Assembly (NCBI GenBank): GCA_963716725.1
Contig: CAVQUB010000004.1
Span: forward strand, 1 to 64,000
Reading direction: 5' to 3'
Length of the DNA: 64,000 nucleotides
From: an uncultured delta proteobacterium
GTDB lineage: Bacteria; Myxococcota_A; Polyangia; Polyangiales; Polyangiaceae
The position numbers and the translations under genes are program-made. Of the stretch, positions 47,192 through 56,966 are shown one piece after another (position 1 is the first letter of the stretch; each line of letters opens with the position of its first letter). The notes beneath the pieces were generated by a model. The model saw only the letters and a list, made by a program, of their open reading frames with translations, did no database searches and was not told the DNA's origin.

Positions 47192-48641
47192 GTGCGTCGC
47201 ACCCTTTTGGCATCGCTGGTTGTGAGTTCGGTATCGATCGCCTGCGGCGGGAGCGGCGGCGCTCAGCCGTCGGGCCAGGCGGGCGCCGGTGGAGCGACGG
47301 GTGGCGCCGGTGGAGCGACGGGTGGCGCCGGTGGAGCGGCGGGTGGCGCCGGCGGAGCGACGGGTGGCGCCGGCGGAGCGACGGGTGGCGCCGGCGGAGC
47401 GACGGGCGGCGCTGATGCCGGCGGAGCCGATGCCGGCGGCGCCGATGCGGGAGACGGCAGCCCCGATGCTCCGAGCGACTCCGGAGTCGGCCAATTCGGT
47501 AAACAGATCGGAACTGACTCCTGCGTTCCGCCCGGAGCCGGCTACGCCCCAGCCTGGACGATGGATCGCCGGTGCAATGCGCGAACAGGGCAGAGCCCGG
47601 TGGTGAGCACGCAGACAGGCGCCGTGGTCTACAGCCAAGGGGTGGGCGACGGGTATGCGTCGAGCTCCTTTCCGGGGGAGACGACGTTCGCTGCGGACGG
47701 GACGATCTATGCAAACGGAGAGGTGATCAACGCCCTCGATCCGGCAACGTACGCGACGAAGTGGAAGTGGGGGTCACCGCACTTTCCACCGGTTGTTTCC
47801 CCAAATGGAGCCGTCATCGTGATGGATCCGACGGTGACGCCTGGTCTCGTCTCGCTCAACCCAGCGACCGGCGCCGTGAACTGGTCGCTGAAGTTCCCGA
47901 AGTACTATGTGGGGGCAGCGACGGTGCTGGCTGACGGTTCGCTGGCGTTCGTCGCTGGCCTCAGCGAGCTCCTGGTTCTGAAGGCCGCCGATGGCAGCGC
48001 TGCATGGAGCGTCGACGTGGGTCCTCCGGGGAAGTTGGCGCAGCCCCCGCTGGTCGTGGGCGCGAATGGGACCATCTACGTCAACATGTTCGACAAGATT
48101 AGGGCCGTCTCGACCGCCACGCAGAAGATCTCGTGGACCGCGCCGACGGCTGTGAAGAGCAACATCGTGCTCGATGAGCGGGACCAGCGCCTCTACTTCC
48201 TTCACCTCGACGGTGGTTACAGCAAGGTGGGCTCCCTCTCCGCGACCGACGGCACGGGTCTCGTATATACGTCGTACAAATTCACGGCAGGCAACAGCAC
48301 GTCCAACCTGGCCCTTGGCGAAAGCGGCTGGGTCTACTTCATCTCGAACGGTCAGCTACAGGCCATCAACACGCAAACCCAGGCTCATTGGGAGCATCCG
48401 GTCACGGGGTCTTGCTCCGATCCGGTGGTCGGAGGGGACGGGACTGTGTATTTTGCCGAGACGTCGGGCAGCGGCGTGGCTGCCGTGGCGGTGACCGCGG
48501 CTGGCGCCCTGCGCTGGAAGAAGGTGCTCGGCCCCACGCTCGAATCCATCGAGCCCCGGCTCGTTCGTGACCATTGCCCCATCGGGCCATCTGGCGATCA
48601 CTGCGGCGGCCAACTCGACTTTCTACCTGCTGGGGCCCTGA
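47192..48641 (+). CDS. PQQ-like beta-propeller lipoprotein (frameshift near 48555)
   Basis: Lipobox SIAC, Gly/Ala linker, repeated DGTIY / TGAVNWS / DGSAAWS blades. Removing one C from the CCCC at 48554-48557 gives EPGSFVTIAPSGHLAITAAANSTFYLLGP* and removes the overlap with the next gene. Confidence 0.75.
47282..47411 (+). repeat. 21-bp coding tandem repeat (about 6 copies) encoding GAGGATG
   Basis: ggcgccgg(t/c)ggagcgacgggt units repeated nearly perfectly. Confidence 0.9.
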
Positions 48642-48661
48642 CCGCGGTCCTCGAGACCGCC

Positions 48662-49183
48662 TCAGCCGCCGAACAGCTCCGAGTGCACCTCGTCCAAGAT
48701 CTCCTGAGACTCGGACCGGGGGATCTCGAACACGCTCGAGAGCGCCTCGATGGCGGCGGCTTCGGCGTGCGCCACGTGGTCGTCGACGAAGGCCACGCCC
48801 GCGGCTAGGCGAAACGCGAACCCCCGCCCGTCGGCCGAGGTGATGCGCTGCGCGCAGGCGTCGAGGCGCGCGCGCCAGCCGTCTCGTGCCAGCTTCTCGT
48901 TGAAACGATCGAGCAACGCTTGCAGGTCCAGACCCTTGACGTGGTGCATGTCGACTACGGCTTGGAAGCTGGCGGCGAGCTGTTCGAGCTCGTCCTTCTG
49001 AACGACCCCGTCGACCGCCGCCATCAAGAACATGGTCTCGAGTGTTGCTTCGAACTCCGCGGCCTGAGACTTGGATTTGTCGTCCAAGATCTCCCCGGGC
49101 CGCAGACTGCGGGCGAGTGCGTGGGCGGCTTCTCCGGCGGTGACACCGGTGGCGATCTTTCGGAGGCGGGCTTCGAGTGCCAT
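48662..49183 (-). CDS. TerB-like (tellurite resistance family) protein
   Basis: MFLMAAVDGVVQKDE and VAFVDDHVAHAE paired TerB motifs. Confidence 0.8.
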   Translation of the reverse strand: MALEARLRKIATGVTAGEAAHALARSLRPGEILDDKSKSQAAEFEATLETMFLMAAVDGVVQKDELEQLAASFQAVVDMHHVKGLDLQALLDRFNEKLARDGWRARLDACAQRITSADGRGFAFRLAAGVAFVDDHVAHAEAAAIEALSSVFEIPRSESQEILDEVHSELFGG

Positions 49184-49238
49184 GGACCCCAAGGCTAGAA
49201 CAAGTCGCGACCCGATGGGAAAGGGGCGAGGCGGATCG

Positions 49239-49997
49239 TCAATCGAAGCCGAGATGGGCGCGGAAAGCCCGCTCCACCAAGTCGAGCGCGACGTCGAGGT
49301 CGGTGGCTGCGAGGGCGTCCGGCTCTCCCCGAGCGGCCCGGACCATGCGCCGGCGAGTTGGCCCGGGGACTTGCAGGCGAGCGCCGCCGCAACCGCGGCA
49401 GACCAGCCCGCCGCGGGCGACGTCGATCTGAGCAGCCTGGGCCTCGGGGCAGAGTTTGCCGCACGAAACGCAGCGCGCCAGGTCCAGCCCCCAGCCGAAG
49501 GCCGACAAGAGCGAGAGCCCGGCCTGCGCCAGCTCGCGGCGCGGTGAGACCGCGTCGTCTCGTGTGTCGAGGCGTGTGAGCAGCGAGTCGATCGCCCGCC
49601 ACACTTCCGGCTCTGCCGTGCGCGGGGGTGACGCACGCCGCACCCAACCGAGGGCACGCCCGGCGGCCTCCATGCGTTCGAGGCTCGTGAGCAGGCGCAA
49701 TCGCGCGACTTCGATCCGCGCTTCGCCGAGCACGAATAGCTCCGAGGTCGGTCGCTCGTCGAGCCGGACGTGCAGCGTGTGCATCGGCTCGAGCGCGCCG
49801 CCGAAGCGCCGTTGACTCTTGCGTGCGCCGCGCGCCAGTGCGCTCGCCTTGCCGAACGACTCGGTGAACAGCGTCACGACCAGGTCGCTGTCGCCGTAGT
49901 CGACGCGGCGCACCAAGAGCGCGCGGGTGGTGTGGGTTCGGATCGCGGTTCGCGTGCACCCCTTCGGGTATCGCGAAGCGCGTCGCGGTGGCGCCAC
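49239..49997 (-). CDS. recO: DNA repair protein RecO
   Basis: DYGDSDLVVTLFTESFGK...ARGARKSQRRFGGALEP; C-terminal CVSCG...CRGC Zn finger. Confidence 0.93.
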   Translation of the reverse strand: MAPPRRASRYPKGCTRTAIRTHTTRALLVRRVDYGDSDLVVTLFTESFGKASALARGARKSQRRFGGALEPMHTLHVRLDERPTSELFVLGEARIEVARLRLLTSLERMEAAGRALGWVRRASPPRTAEPEVWRAIDSLLTRLDTRDDAVSPRRELAQAGLSLLSAFGWGLDLARCVSCGKLCPEAQAAQIDVARGGLVCRGCGGARLQVPGPTRRRMVRAARGEPDALAATDLDVALDLVERAFRAHLGFD

Positions 49998-49999
49998 GG

Positions 50000-50431
50000 T
50001 CAGGCGCGGGCCGACGATGCGGGCAGGCGGCTCAGCTCTTGCGGCATGTCGTCGCCGCGTGGCTTGAGCACGATGCTCAGCGCCAGGGTGAAGAGGATCA
50101 GCAGCAAGACGAAGGCGAGGGCGACCCCGTAGCGCTTGCTCCTTGCGGGTCGCATGGCGGGATTGCCCGATGACAACGGCAAGGGTGTCACCCAGGCGAT
50201 GCGTCGACTCGCCGTGTAGAGCGCCAGCACGTCTTCGGGAGCGACGCCGACGGCGCGCGCGTAGGACTTGAGGAAGCCGCGGACGAAGACCTCACCCGGC
50301 AGCTCGTCGAAGCGATCGGATTCGATGCGCTCGACGCTGGACATCGGCACGCGCGTCGCGCGGCTGATTTCCTCGGCGCTCATCCGCTTCTCCAAGCGGT
50401 GCCGCCGCAGGAGCTGTCCCACGGTCTCCAT
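50000..50431 (-). CDS. RodZ-like HTH protein with C-terminal transmembrane helix
   Basis: GQLLRRHR...LPGEVFVRGFLKSYARAVG motif followed by a hydrophobic helix. Confidence 0.85.
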   Translation of the reverse strand: METVGQLLRRHRLEKRMSAEEISRATRVPMSSVERIESDRFDELPGEVFVRGFLKSYARAVGVAPEDVLALYTASRRIAWVTPLPLSSGNPAMRPARSKRYGVALAFVLLLILFTLALSIVLKPRGDDMPQELSRLPASSARA

Positions 50432-50443
50432 TGGGGGGCGAGC

Positions 50444-51244
50444 CTACTTGAGATTCGCCAAGATGGAGCTGCATTCTTTTCCCGCAGCGGACGTCGGCAG
50501 GAGCTCTTTGCATTTGCGCAAGTCCGCCGCGGCGTCCGCCCCCCGCCCGAGCTTCACCAGCACGCGTCCCCTCCCTAGAAAGGCGTCCTGCAGACCCTTG
50601 CAGGCGGGCGCCTCGGTTTCGAGCGCGCGGCCGTAGGCCTCGAGCGCCTCCGTGTACTGCTTCTTCTTCTCGAGGGCCGCCCCGAGGCGGAAGTTGCCCA
50701 CGCAGAACAGCGGCTGCGCCGCGACGCTGCGCGAGAGCGCGTCGATGGCCGCGTCGAGGGAGCCCTTCTCGAGGTACGCCCAGCCCAGATTTCCCCAAGC
50801 ATTTTCGGGAGTCTGATACAGCATGTCCTCGGAGAGGGGCTTGAGCACCCCGATGGCTTCGTCGTACTTCTTCGCGTGGATGAGCACGACGCCCAGCGTG
50901 TTCTTCGCCTCCCGGAAGTCCCCCTTGGCCCGCAGTGACGCGCGGGCGTACTTCTCGGCTTCTTCGAGGCGGCAGTCATCCTTGCCGGTGCTGCACATCG
51001 CCAAGTAGATGAGGGCCGCGAGGTGGGAGGCCTCGTGGTTGTCCTCGTTGAGCTCCAGGGCTTTGAGCGCATGATCGAGGGCCTCGCGAGGGTTCTTCTG
51101 TCGCAAGAAGGCGTCCCGGGCGATGTCGTACTCGCCCTCGCTCATCCGCTCGGGATCGCCGCCTCCGGGCGAATTAGCGCCGTTACCGGGGCAGCCCCCC
51201 AGACACAACGAAATCCCGAGGGCGGCGAGCCATCGTAGAGACAT
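50444..51244 (-). CDS. tgl: TPR lipoprotein of the Tgl/PilF (type IV pilus pilotin) type
   Basis: Lipobox LGGC, TPRs, EAKNTLG, LYQTPENAWGNLGWAY, PLFCVG; upstream of a RodZ-like gene and recO. Confidence 0.72.
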   Translation of the reverse strand: MSLRWLAALGISLCLGGCPGNGANSPGGGDPERMSEGEYDIARDAFLRQKNPREALDHALKALELNEDNHEASHLAALIYLAMCSTGKDDCRLEEAEKYARASLRAKGDFREAKNTLGVVLIHAKKYDEAIGVLKPLSEDMLYQTPENAWGNLGWAYLEKGSLDAAIDALSRSVAAQPLFCVGNFRLGAALEKKKQYTEALEAYGRALETEAPACKGLQDAFLGRGRVLVKLGRGADAAADLRKCKELLPTSAAGKECSSILANLK

Positions 51245-51283
51245 CCCGGGCGGCGATACCCCACGGTTCGAAGCGAGTCAACG

Positions 51284-52045
51284 CTAGGTGCCTGAGATCG
51301 CAGTGGTCTTCCCCGGCGGTCGGTCGTCCCTCGTCAGCGACTCACCCCTCCGGGTACTTCCCAGGGTCGCCCCAGGGTCGTCCCCGCGGATCTGATCGCG
51401 CACCCCGAGCAGCCCGTAGAGCTCCTGCAGCGCCTCGGGATCGGGCAGCGCCACCAATTCGTCGACGATCTGTAGGTAACCGCGGTCTCGGAGCTGCTGA
51501 ACGATTCGCTTCACGGTGTCCACGTCGAGACCCACGCGCGCCGAAAGCTCCAGGGGCGACACCGAGAGCTCGATCGGGCCATCACCCGCCTCTTCCGCCA
51601 TCGCGTGGCGAGCGAGCTTGATCAACGAAACCACCACCTTGGAGTGTGAGTCGCGGAGCATCAGGATCTCGATTTGGTCCTCAGCGTCGCGCAATCGGCG
51701 GATCAGCTGCTGGAGTACCCGGCTGCCGACCGCGGCGTTGCTCGCCAGCACCTGCTGAAAGGTCGCGTGATCGAGGGCCAATGCAACGCCGTCGGAGAGC
51801 GCGACGGCGGTCGAGTGGTGCAACCCCCCCCGGACCAGCGCCGACTCGCCGAAGAGATCTCCCGGGCGCAGGACCCGCAGCCCACGTTCCATGGCGCCGA
51901 CCTGCTTGATCAGGCGGATGCGCCCGTTCTGCAGCAGGTACGCTTCGACGGCGGGGGAACCGTCGCGGAACAAGACGTCGCCGGCCGCGAATTGCCGGCC
52001 GAAGCGCGTGAGCAAGCGCTCCTGCTGCTCTTCGGTGCTCGCCAC
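51284..52045 (-). CDS. Crp/Fnr-family transcriptional regulator
   Basis: cNMP-binding fold (GDVLFRDG, PGDLFGESAL) and C-terminal HTH; start GTG 52045. Confidence 0.88.
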   Translation of the reverse strand: MASTEEQQERLLTRFGRQFAAGDVLFRDGSPAVEAYLLQNGRIRLIKQVGAMERGLRVLRPGDLFGESALVRGGLHHSTAVALSDGVALALDHATFQQVLASNAAVGSRVLQQLIRRLRDAEDQIEILMLRDSHSKVVVSLIKLARHAMAEEAGDGPIELSVSPLELSARVGLDVDTVKRIVQQLRDRGYLQIVDELVALPDPEALQELYGLLGVRDQIRGDDPGATLGSTRRGESLTRDDRPPGKTTAISGT

Positions 52046-52077
52046 GGGCGCAGTGTGCCAGCAGGTTCGAGGGATCT

Positions 52078-52749
52078 TCAACCCGATCGGCTGGCGATGG
52101 GAGAAGGCGGAAGGTTCTGAGGGGTGGCGCCGGAGTCCCGGACATACAGCGGCTCGCTCAGGGTCTGCTCCGGCCCGCGATCCGCCGCTAGCGCTGCGAT
52201 CCCCGAAGCGTCCGGCAAATCGCAGAGCTCGGAGCGAAATCCGGGGGCGCCCAGCTCCTGGGCGACTTCCCCGAGGAAGACCGCCCCGGGGAAGCGCTCC
52301 GCGAGCAGGCACAGCGCCGTCGGGCGCGGCAGGGCCTCGGCGCGGCACAGGGCCCGGCCGGCTTGGTCGAAGGCCTGGGCGAACACCTCGTCCCGACGTG
52401 CGTCGATCAGCGCGACCCGCGGTGCGCTGACCTCGGCCGGGCATGCGGCGGCCATCGCCTCCAGGGAGCCGACGCCGATGAGCTCGATCCCGAGCCCGAG
52501 GGCGATGCCCTGAGCAAACGCAATCCCGACTCGGAGGCCGGTGAAGCTCCCGGGGCCCATGCCGACGCCGACGCGGTCCAGATCGGCCTTGGTCCAGCCG
52601 GCCTGCCCAAGCACTTGATCGAGGAGCGGCCGCAGGCGTTCGGCGTGCGCGTTCAGATCCGAGTGGGTCGCGCGCGCCACCACGCGCGGGCCCTCGGCGA
52701 GCACGACGGAGCCGCGGCGCGACGAGGTCTCGATGCAGAGCAGGCGCAC
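52078..52749 (-). CDS. tsaB: t6A biosynthesis protein TsaB
   Basis: LCIETS, HAERL, GPGSFTGLRVG, IDARRDEV, EPLYVR. Confidence 0.95.
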   Translation of the reverse strand: MRLLCIETSSRRGSVVLAEGPRVVARATHSDLNAHAERLRPLLDQVLGQAGWTKADLDRVGVGMGPGSFTGLRVGIAFAQGIALGLGIELIGVGSLEAMAAACPAEVSAPRVALIDARRDEVFAQAFDQAGRALCRAEALPRPTALCLLAERFPGAVFLGEVAQELGAPGFRSELCDLPDASGIAALAADRGPEQTLSEPLYVRDSGATPQNLPPSPIASRSG

Positions 52750-52828
52750 GCCGGGACGGATAGCAGGTGCCTCGTGGGCTGACCAGAGTGCTGCGGTCCG
52801 AGCGCTCCCGCGCTATGACCCGCGCGCC

Positions 52829-54421
52829 ATGCAGGACGAAGCTGCGTTCGATCGATTTGCCAAGAGCTTCCTGGGTCTCGACCGCAGCGATCGGGTCTTC
52901 GAGCAAGTCTCGGCGGCGCGGCGCGTCTACCTCGACACCACCGCGACGGCGCTGATGCCCGAGGTGGTGTGGCGTGGGCTCGAGCGCTATCTGGAGTCGG
53001 CCTGCGCCAACAGTCACACCGAAGCACACCGCGCCGGTCGCGACACGACGCGAGCCATCGAAGCCAGCCGCGACGCCATCGGACGGCTGGTCGGTTATCA
53101 GTCCGAGCGGGACGTCGTGCTGTTCACGGCCAACGGCGCGACGGGCGCCGTCAACTTCTTGGCGCGCGCGCTGTTTCCCTCCGAGCTGCGCTCGGTCAAC
53201 AAGCGCTTCCCGGGGGGGGCTCCTCCCGAGCTGCTCGCCGCGCTCCGTAGCGGTCTGGGTGACGAGGGGCGCGGCGTGCTCGACGAGATGTTGGAGCGGC
53301 CGCTGGTCGTGGTCACCATGATGGAGCACCACTCCAACCTGATCCCCTGGATGGAGGCCGTGGGCCACCACAACCTGCGGGCAGTGCGCGTCGATCCCGC
53401 CACTGGCGCCTTGGATCTGAGCGACCTCGCCCGCATCCTCGAGACCGAGGGGCGGCGCGTGCGCTTGGTCGCGGTGACCGGTGTGTCGAACGTGACGGGC
53501 ATCGTCAACCCGGTGCATCGCATCGCGGCCATGGCCCACGCTGTTGGCGCGCAGATCCTGGTCGACGGGGCGCAGTGGGTGCCCCACGCCCGCGTCGAGA
53601 TGCACGGCGCCGAGCCCGGTGAGTCTCTCGACTACCTGGTGCTCAGCGGCCACAAGCTCTACGCGCCCGGCAGCCGCGGCGCGCTGATCGGCAGCCTCGA
53701 GACGCTCAGCGGCAGGCGCTGCGTCACGGATGTGGGCGGCGGCATGGTCGAGTACGTGAGCATCAACGATTTCGAGATCAAGGATGACGTGGCGGCGCGC
53801 GAGGAGGCGGGCACGCCCAATATTCCGGGATCCATCGCCATGGGGCTCGTCGCGGAGACGCTGCTCCGCATCGGAATGGACCTCGTCGCCGAGCGCGAGC
53901 ACCGACTGACGGAGGCGCTGGTCCGGCGCCTCGAGCGCGTGCCCAAGATCCACATCTACGGCAGCACGGATCTCGACGCCGTGCCCAGAGCCGGCGTGGT
54001 GTCGTTCAACATCGAGGGTCTGCGTCACGGGCTGGTCGCGGCCTATCTGAACGACTTTCACGACATCGCCGTGCGCGAAGGCTGCTTCTGCGCGCACCCC
54101 TACGTGAAGGCGCTGATCGGCGTCGACGATCAAACCGAAGAGAGCTACCGACAAGAGATGTTGTGTGGCGATCGACGGAACGTACCGGGCATGGTGCGCG
54201 CGTCGCTGGGCGTGTATTCGACTGCGGACGACGTCGAAGCGTTGGGAGCCGCACTGGAGCGGCTCGTCGGGCGCGCCGACGAGATGTCCGCCCGCTACCG
54301 GAGCGGGCTCGACGGGACGTTTCGCCTCGCCGACGCGGCCGAGCTTCCGCGCACGTACTCGGTGGCGGACGAGGTCGAGCGCTGGCTCGACGGCGGCGCG
54401 CGCGCTGAGCCACCGTCGTGA
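52829..54421 (+). CDS. Class V PLP-dependent aminotransferase (cysteine desulfurase-like)
   Basis: VYLDTTAT, MEHHSN, VDGAQ, SGHKLYAP (PLP lysine), AGTPN, REGCFCAHPY, VRASLG. Confidence 0.88.
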   Translation: MQDEAAFDRFAKSFLGLDRSDRVFEQVSAARRVYLDTTATALMPEVVWRGLERYLESACANSHTEAHRAGRDTTRAIEASRDAIGRLVGYQSERDVVLFTANGATGAVNFLARALFPSELRSVNKRFPGGAPPELLAALRSGLGDEGRGVLDEMLERPLVVVTMMEHHSNLIPWMEAVGHHNLRAVRVDPATGALDLSDLARILETEGRRVRLVAVTGVSNVTGIVNPVHRIAAMAHAVGAQILVDGAQWVPHARVEMHGAEPGESLDYLVLSGHKLYAPGSRGALIGSLETLSGRRCVTDVGGGMVEYVSINDFEIKDDVAAREEAGTPNIPGSIAMGLVAETLLRIGMDLVAEREHRLTEALVRRLERVPKIHIYGSTDLDAVPRAGVVSFNIEGLRHGLVAAYLNDFHDIAVREGCFCAHPYVKALIGVDDQTEESYRQEMLCGDRRNVPGMVRASLGVYSTADDVEALGAALERLVGRADEMSARYRSGLDGTFRLADAAELPRTYSVADEVERWLDGGARAEPPS

Positions 54422-54471
54422 CCTCTTGATGCGCTGGCGGCGAGAAAAACGCGTGGGGTCGAGACTAGCCC

Positions 54472-54499
54472 TTGCAATCCTCCTAAAACCGTCTAACTT
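54472..54499 (+). promoter_or_regulatory. Sigma70-like promoter for tRNA-Pro
   Basis: TTGCAA-16 nt-TAACTT followed by a GC-rich discriminator. Confidence 0.5.
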
Positions 54500-54530
54500 C
54501 CGCCCACCCTCGCGGCTTCGTGAGGGGGTT

Positions 54531-54608
54531 CGGGGCGTAGCGCAGCCTGGATAGCGCACCAGACTGGGGGTCTGGGGGTCCCGGGTTCAAATCCCGGCGC
54601 CCCGACCA
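54531..54608 (+). tRNA. tRNA-Pro (anticodon GGG)
   Basis: CGGGGCG...CGCCCCG-ACCA acceptor stem, anticodon arm CCAGA-CTGGGGG-TCTGG, T loop GGTTCAAATCC. Confidence 0.95.
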
Positions 54609-54657
54609 TTTGGGGGGCAGTGCGCCGGGGCGGGGCGTTGGCCCCGAGTCTGTCGGC

Positions 54658-55500
54658 TCACCGCCTCGCGAAGCTTCTCGCGCGGATCAAATAACGCTCG
54701 AGGGCGCGGAGGTGGGCGAGCTGCGCGGGATCGGCAGGCACGAAGCGACGCGCGCGCAATAGCGCCTGGCCCGCTTCGAGCAAAGCGCTCGAGGGTGACT
54801 CACACAGCGCGCGCCGCAACGCCGCGACGACCGCTGGCTCGAGGGCCGACGAGGCGGCCAGCACGTCGGAGGGGATGGGCCCCGCGCGCTTGAGCACCTC
54901 GACCTTTGCGCTGCCCCATCCGGCGTTGGAGATGGCGCCGCTCGAGTCCAGGTGGAAGTAGGTCGCGCCGACGGCGTTGGGATCTTCGAGCACCGCGCTG
55001 ACCACCGCGTCGTGCGTCCGGGCGAAGGTCTGGCGCTCGAAGCCACGATCGACGTCGAAACCCTCGGCGTCGAGGGCGGCGCGGATCACCAAGTAGCCCG
55101 CCGCGCTCTCTTCGTCGACCCACACCGCGTGGGCGCGGTGCAGGTTCGAGACCGAGTGCAGCGGGGAGTCCGCCCGCACGAAGAGCGCGGACCAGTACCA
55201 CGCGCTGTCGCCGCGCTCGGGTAGGGCGATGGGGCTGACTTCGGCGCGGAGCGCGGCCAGCGCGACTACCGGTGAGAGCCACGCCAGCTCGACCTCGCCG
55301 GCTTCCAGCCGGTGGAGCAGCCGATCGTAGCGCGGCGCCGCGTAGCCCACGACGTCGAGGCCGGCGGAGCGAGACAGCTCTGCGCAGAAGAGCTCGAGAT
55401 CGGCGCGGGAGGGTCCTTCGTTGCCCGTCCCCGTCGCGCGCCGCCGGGTGCGCCGGCCGAGCTCCGAAAGCGCCACGCCCAGGCGGATGCGTGAGGACAC
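54658..55500 (-). CDS. PhnD/SsuA-like substrate-binding-fold protein
   Basis: [45 protein letters not shown] motifs; no signal peptide. Start GTG 55500 or ATG 55512. Confidence 0.75.
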   Translation of the reverse strand: MSSRIRLGVALSELGRRTRRRATGTGNEGPSRADLELFCAELSRSAGLDVVGYAAPRYDRLLHRLEAGEVELAWLSPVVALAALRAEVSPIALPERGDSAWYWSALFVRADSPLHSVSNLHRAHAVWVDEESAAGYLVIRAALDAEGFDVDRGFERQTFARTHDAVVSAVLEDPNAVGATYFHLDSSGAISNAGWGSAKVEVLKRAGPIPSDVLAASSALEPAVVAALRRALCESPSSALLEAGQALLRARRFVPADPAQLAHLRALERYLIRARSFARR

Positions 55501-55563
55501 GGCGGGCAGCATACACGCGTTTGGCGCCTCGCGGCCTCGTGCCTGGGGTACTACGCTGGCGTG

Positions 55564-56910
55564 ATGCAGACCTGGGACTACCTGGTGATCGGCGCCGGCA
55601 GCGGCGGTATCGCGTCGGCGCGTCGGGCCGCCGAGCACGGGGCGCGGGTCGCGATCATCGAGGCCGAGCGCCTCGGCGGAACCTGCGTGAATCAGGGCTG
55701 CGTTCCCAAGAAAATCATGTTCAACGCAGCGAGCATCGCCGCGGCTCTGGGCGACGCCGAAGGCTACGGCTTCGACGTCGACGTGGCGGGCTTCGATTGG
55801 TCGAAGCTGAAGGCCGGGCGGGATGCCTACGTCGAGCGACTGAACGGCATCTACGCCCGCAACCTCGAGGGCTCACGGGTGACCACCATCCATGGGCGCG
55901 GGCGCTTCGTCGCGCCCCGCGAGGTGGAGGTGGCCGGCGAGCGGCACGCGGCGGAGCACGTGCTGATCGCGACGGGTGGCCGACCGCGCGTCCCTGAGGT
56001 CGTCGGCGCGGAGTTGGGCATCACCTCCGACGGCTTCTTCGCGCTGCCCGCGCGGCCAGCGCGGGTGGCCATCGTAGGTGCGGGCTACATCGCGGTGGAG
56101 CTCGCCGGGGTTCTGGCCGCGCTCGGCTCCGAGGTCAACTTGCTCTTGCGCCATCAAGAACTCCTGCGGCGCTTCGACATCACGCTGCGCGAGACCCTGA
56201 TGCACGAGCTCACCGCTCACGGCATCAACGTGCTGTCGTGCATTCACCTGGCACGCGTCGAGCGCGACGGCGAGGGCAGCCTCTCGCTCCTGGGTTCCAT
56301 GGGCGAGAGACTGTCCGGGATCGACGCGCTGATTTGGGCCATCGGCCGCGATCCGAACAGCGACGGCCTCGGGCTCGATCTCGCGGGAGTTGCCACCGAT
56401 GACGCTGGCCACGTGCAGGTCGACGAGTGGCAAGATACCAGCGTCCAGAACGTGCACGCCGTGGGTGACGTCACGGGCAAGTGGCCGCTCACTCCCGTGG
56501 CCATCGCCGCCGGTCGGCTGCTCGCGGACCGGCTCTTTGGAAAGGTGCCGGGCGCGCGCCTCGACTACGAGTGCATCCCGAGCGTGGTCTTCAGTCATCC
56601 GCCCATCGGGACCGTCGGCGTGACGGAGGACGAAGCCCGAGAGCGCTGGGGGGACGCCGTCAAGGTTTATTCGTCCCGCTTCACCAACATGTACCACGCG
56701 CTCACAGCCCGCCGCAGCGCGAGTGTGGTCAAGCTCGTGACCGTCGGACCCGACCAGAAGATCGTCGGGGTGCACGTGATCGGCATCGGCGCCGACGAGA
56801 TGATTCAAGGCTTCGCTGTCGCGGTGCGCATGGGTGCGACCAAGGCCGACTTCGACCGCACGGTGGCCATCCACCCGACCGCGGCCGAAGAGCTGGTCAC
56901 GCTGCGCTAG
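55564..56910 (+). CDS. gor: Glutathione-disulfide reductase
   Basis: [19 protein letters not shown] redox disulfide, [28 protein letters not shown]. Confidence 0.93.
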   Translation: MQTWDYLVIGAGSGGIASARRAAEHGARVAIIEAERLGGTCVNQGCVPKKIMFNAASIAAALGDAEGYGFDVDVAGFDWSKLKAGRDAYVERLNGIYARNLEGSRVTTIHGRGRFVAPREVEVAGERHAAEHVLIATGGRPRVPEVVGAELGITSDGFFALPARPARVAIVGAGYIAVELAGVLAALGSEVNLLLRHQELLRRFDITLRETLMHELTAHGINVLSCIHLARVERDGEGSLSLLGSMGERLSGIDALIWAIGRDPNSDGLGLDLAGVATDDAGHVQVDEWQDTSVQNVHAVGDVTGKWPLTPVAIAAGRLLADRLFGKVPGARLDYECIPSVVFSHPPIGTVGVTEDEARERWGDAVKVYSSRFTNMYHALTARRSASVVKLVTVGPDQKIVGVHVIGIGADEMIQGFAVAVRMGATKADFDRTVAIHPTAAEELVTLR

Positions 56911-56966
56911 GCACCATTTTTCATTCGTCCTGGGGGCAGTCCCGCGATATTTGTTGCGACCCCCGC

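Noticed and set aside
47282..47411. Regular repeats that could be taken for a CRISPR array (also 10912-11007)
   Set aside because: Head-to-tail units with no unique spacers, lengths are multiples of 3, they encode Gly-rich linkers, and no cas genes are present.
48662..49183. TerB-like gene as part of a ter or anti-phage operon
   Set aside because: Single gene at the end of the tgl-recO run with no other ter genes nearby.
51284..54559. 1091-aa minus-strand ORF
   Set aside because: Only the last 253 aa (Crp/Fnr) are protein-like; the rest is antisense to the aminotransferase and off-frame over tsaB.
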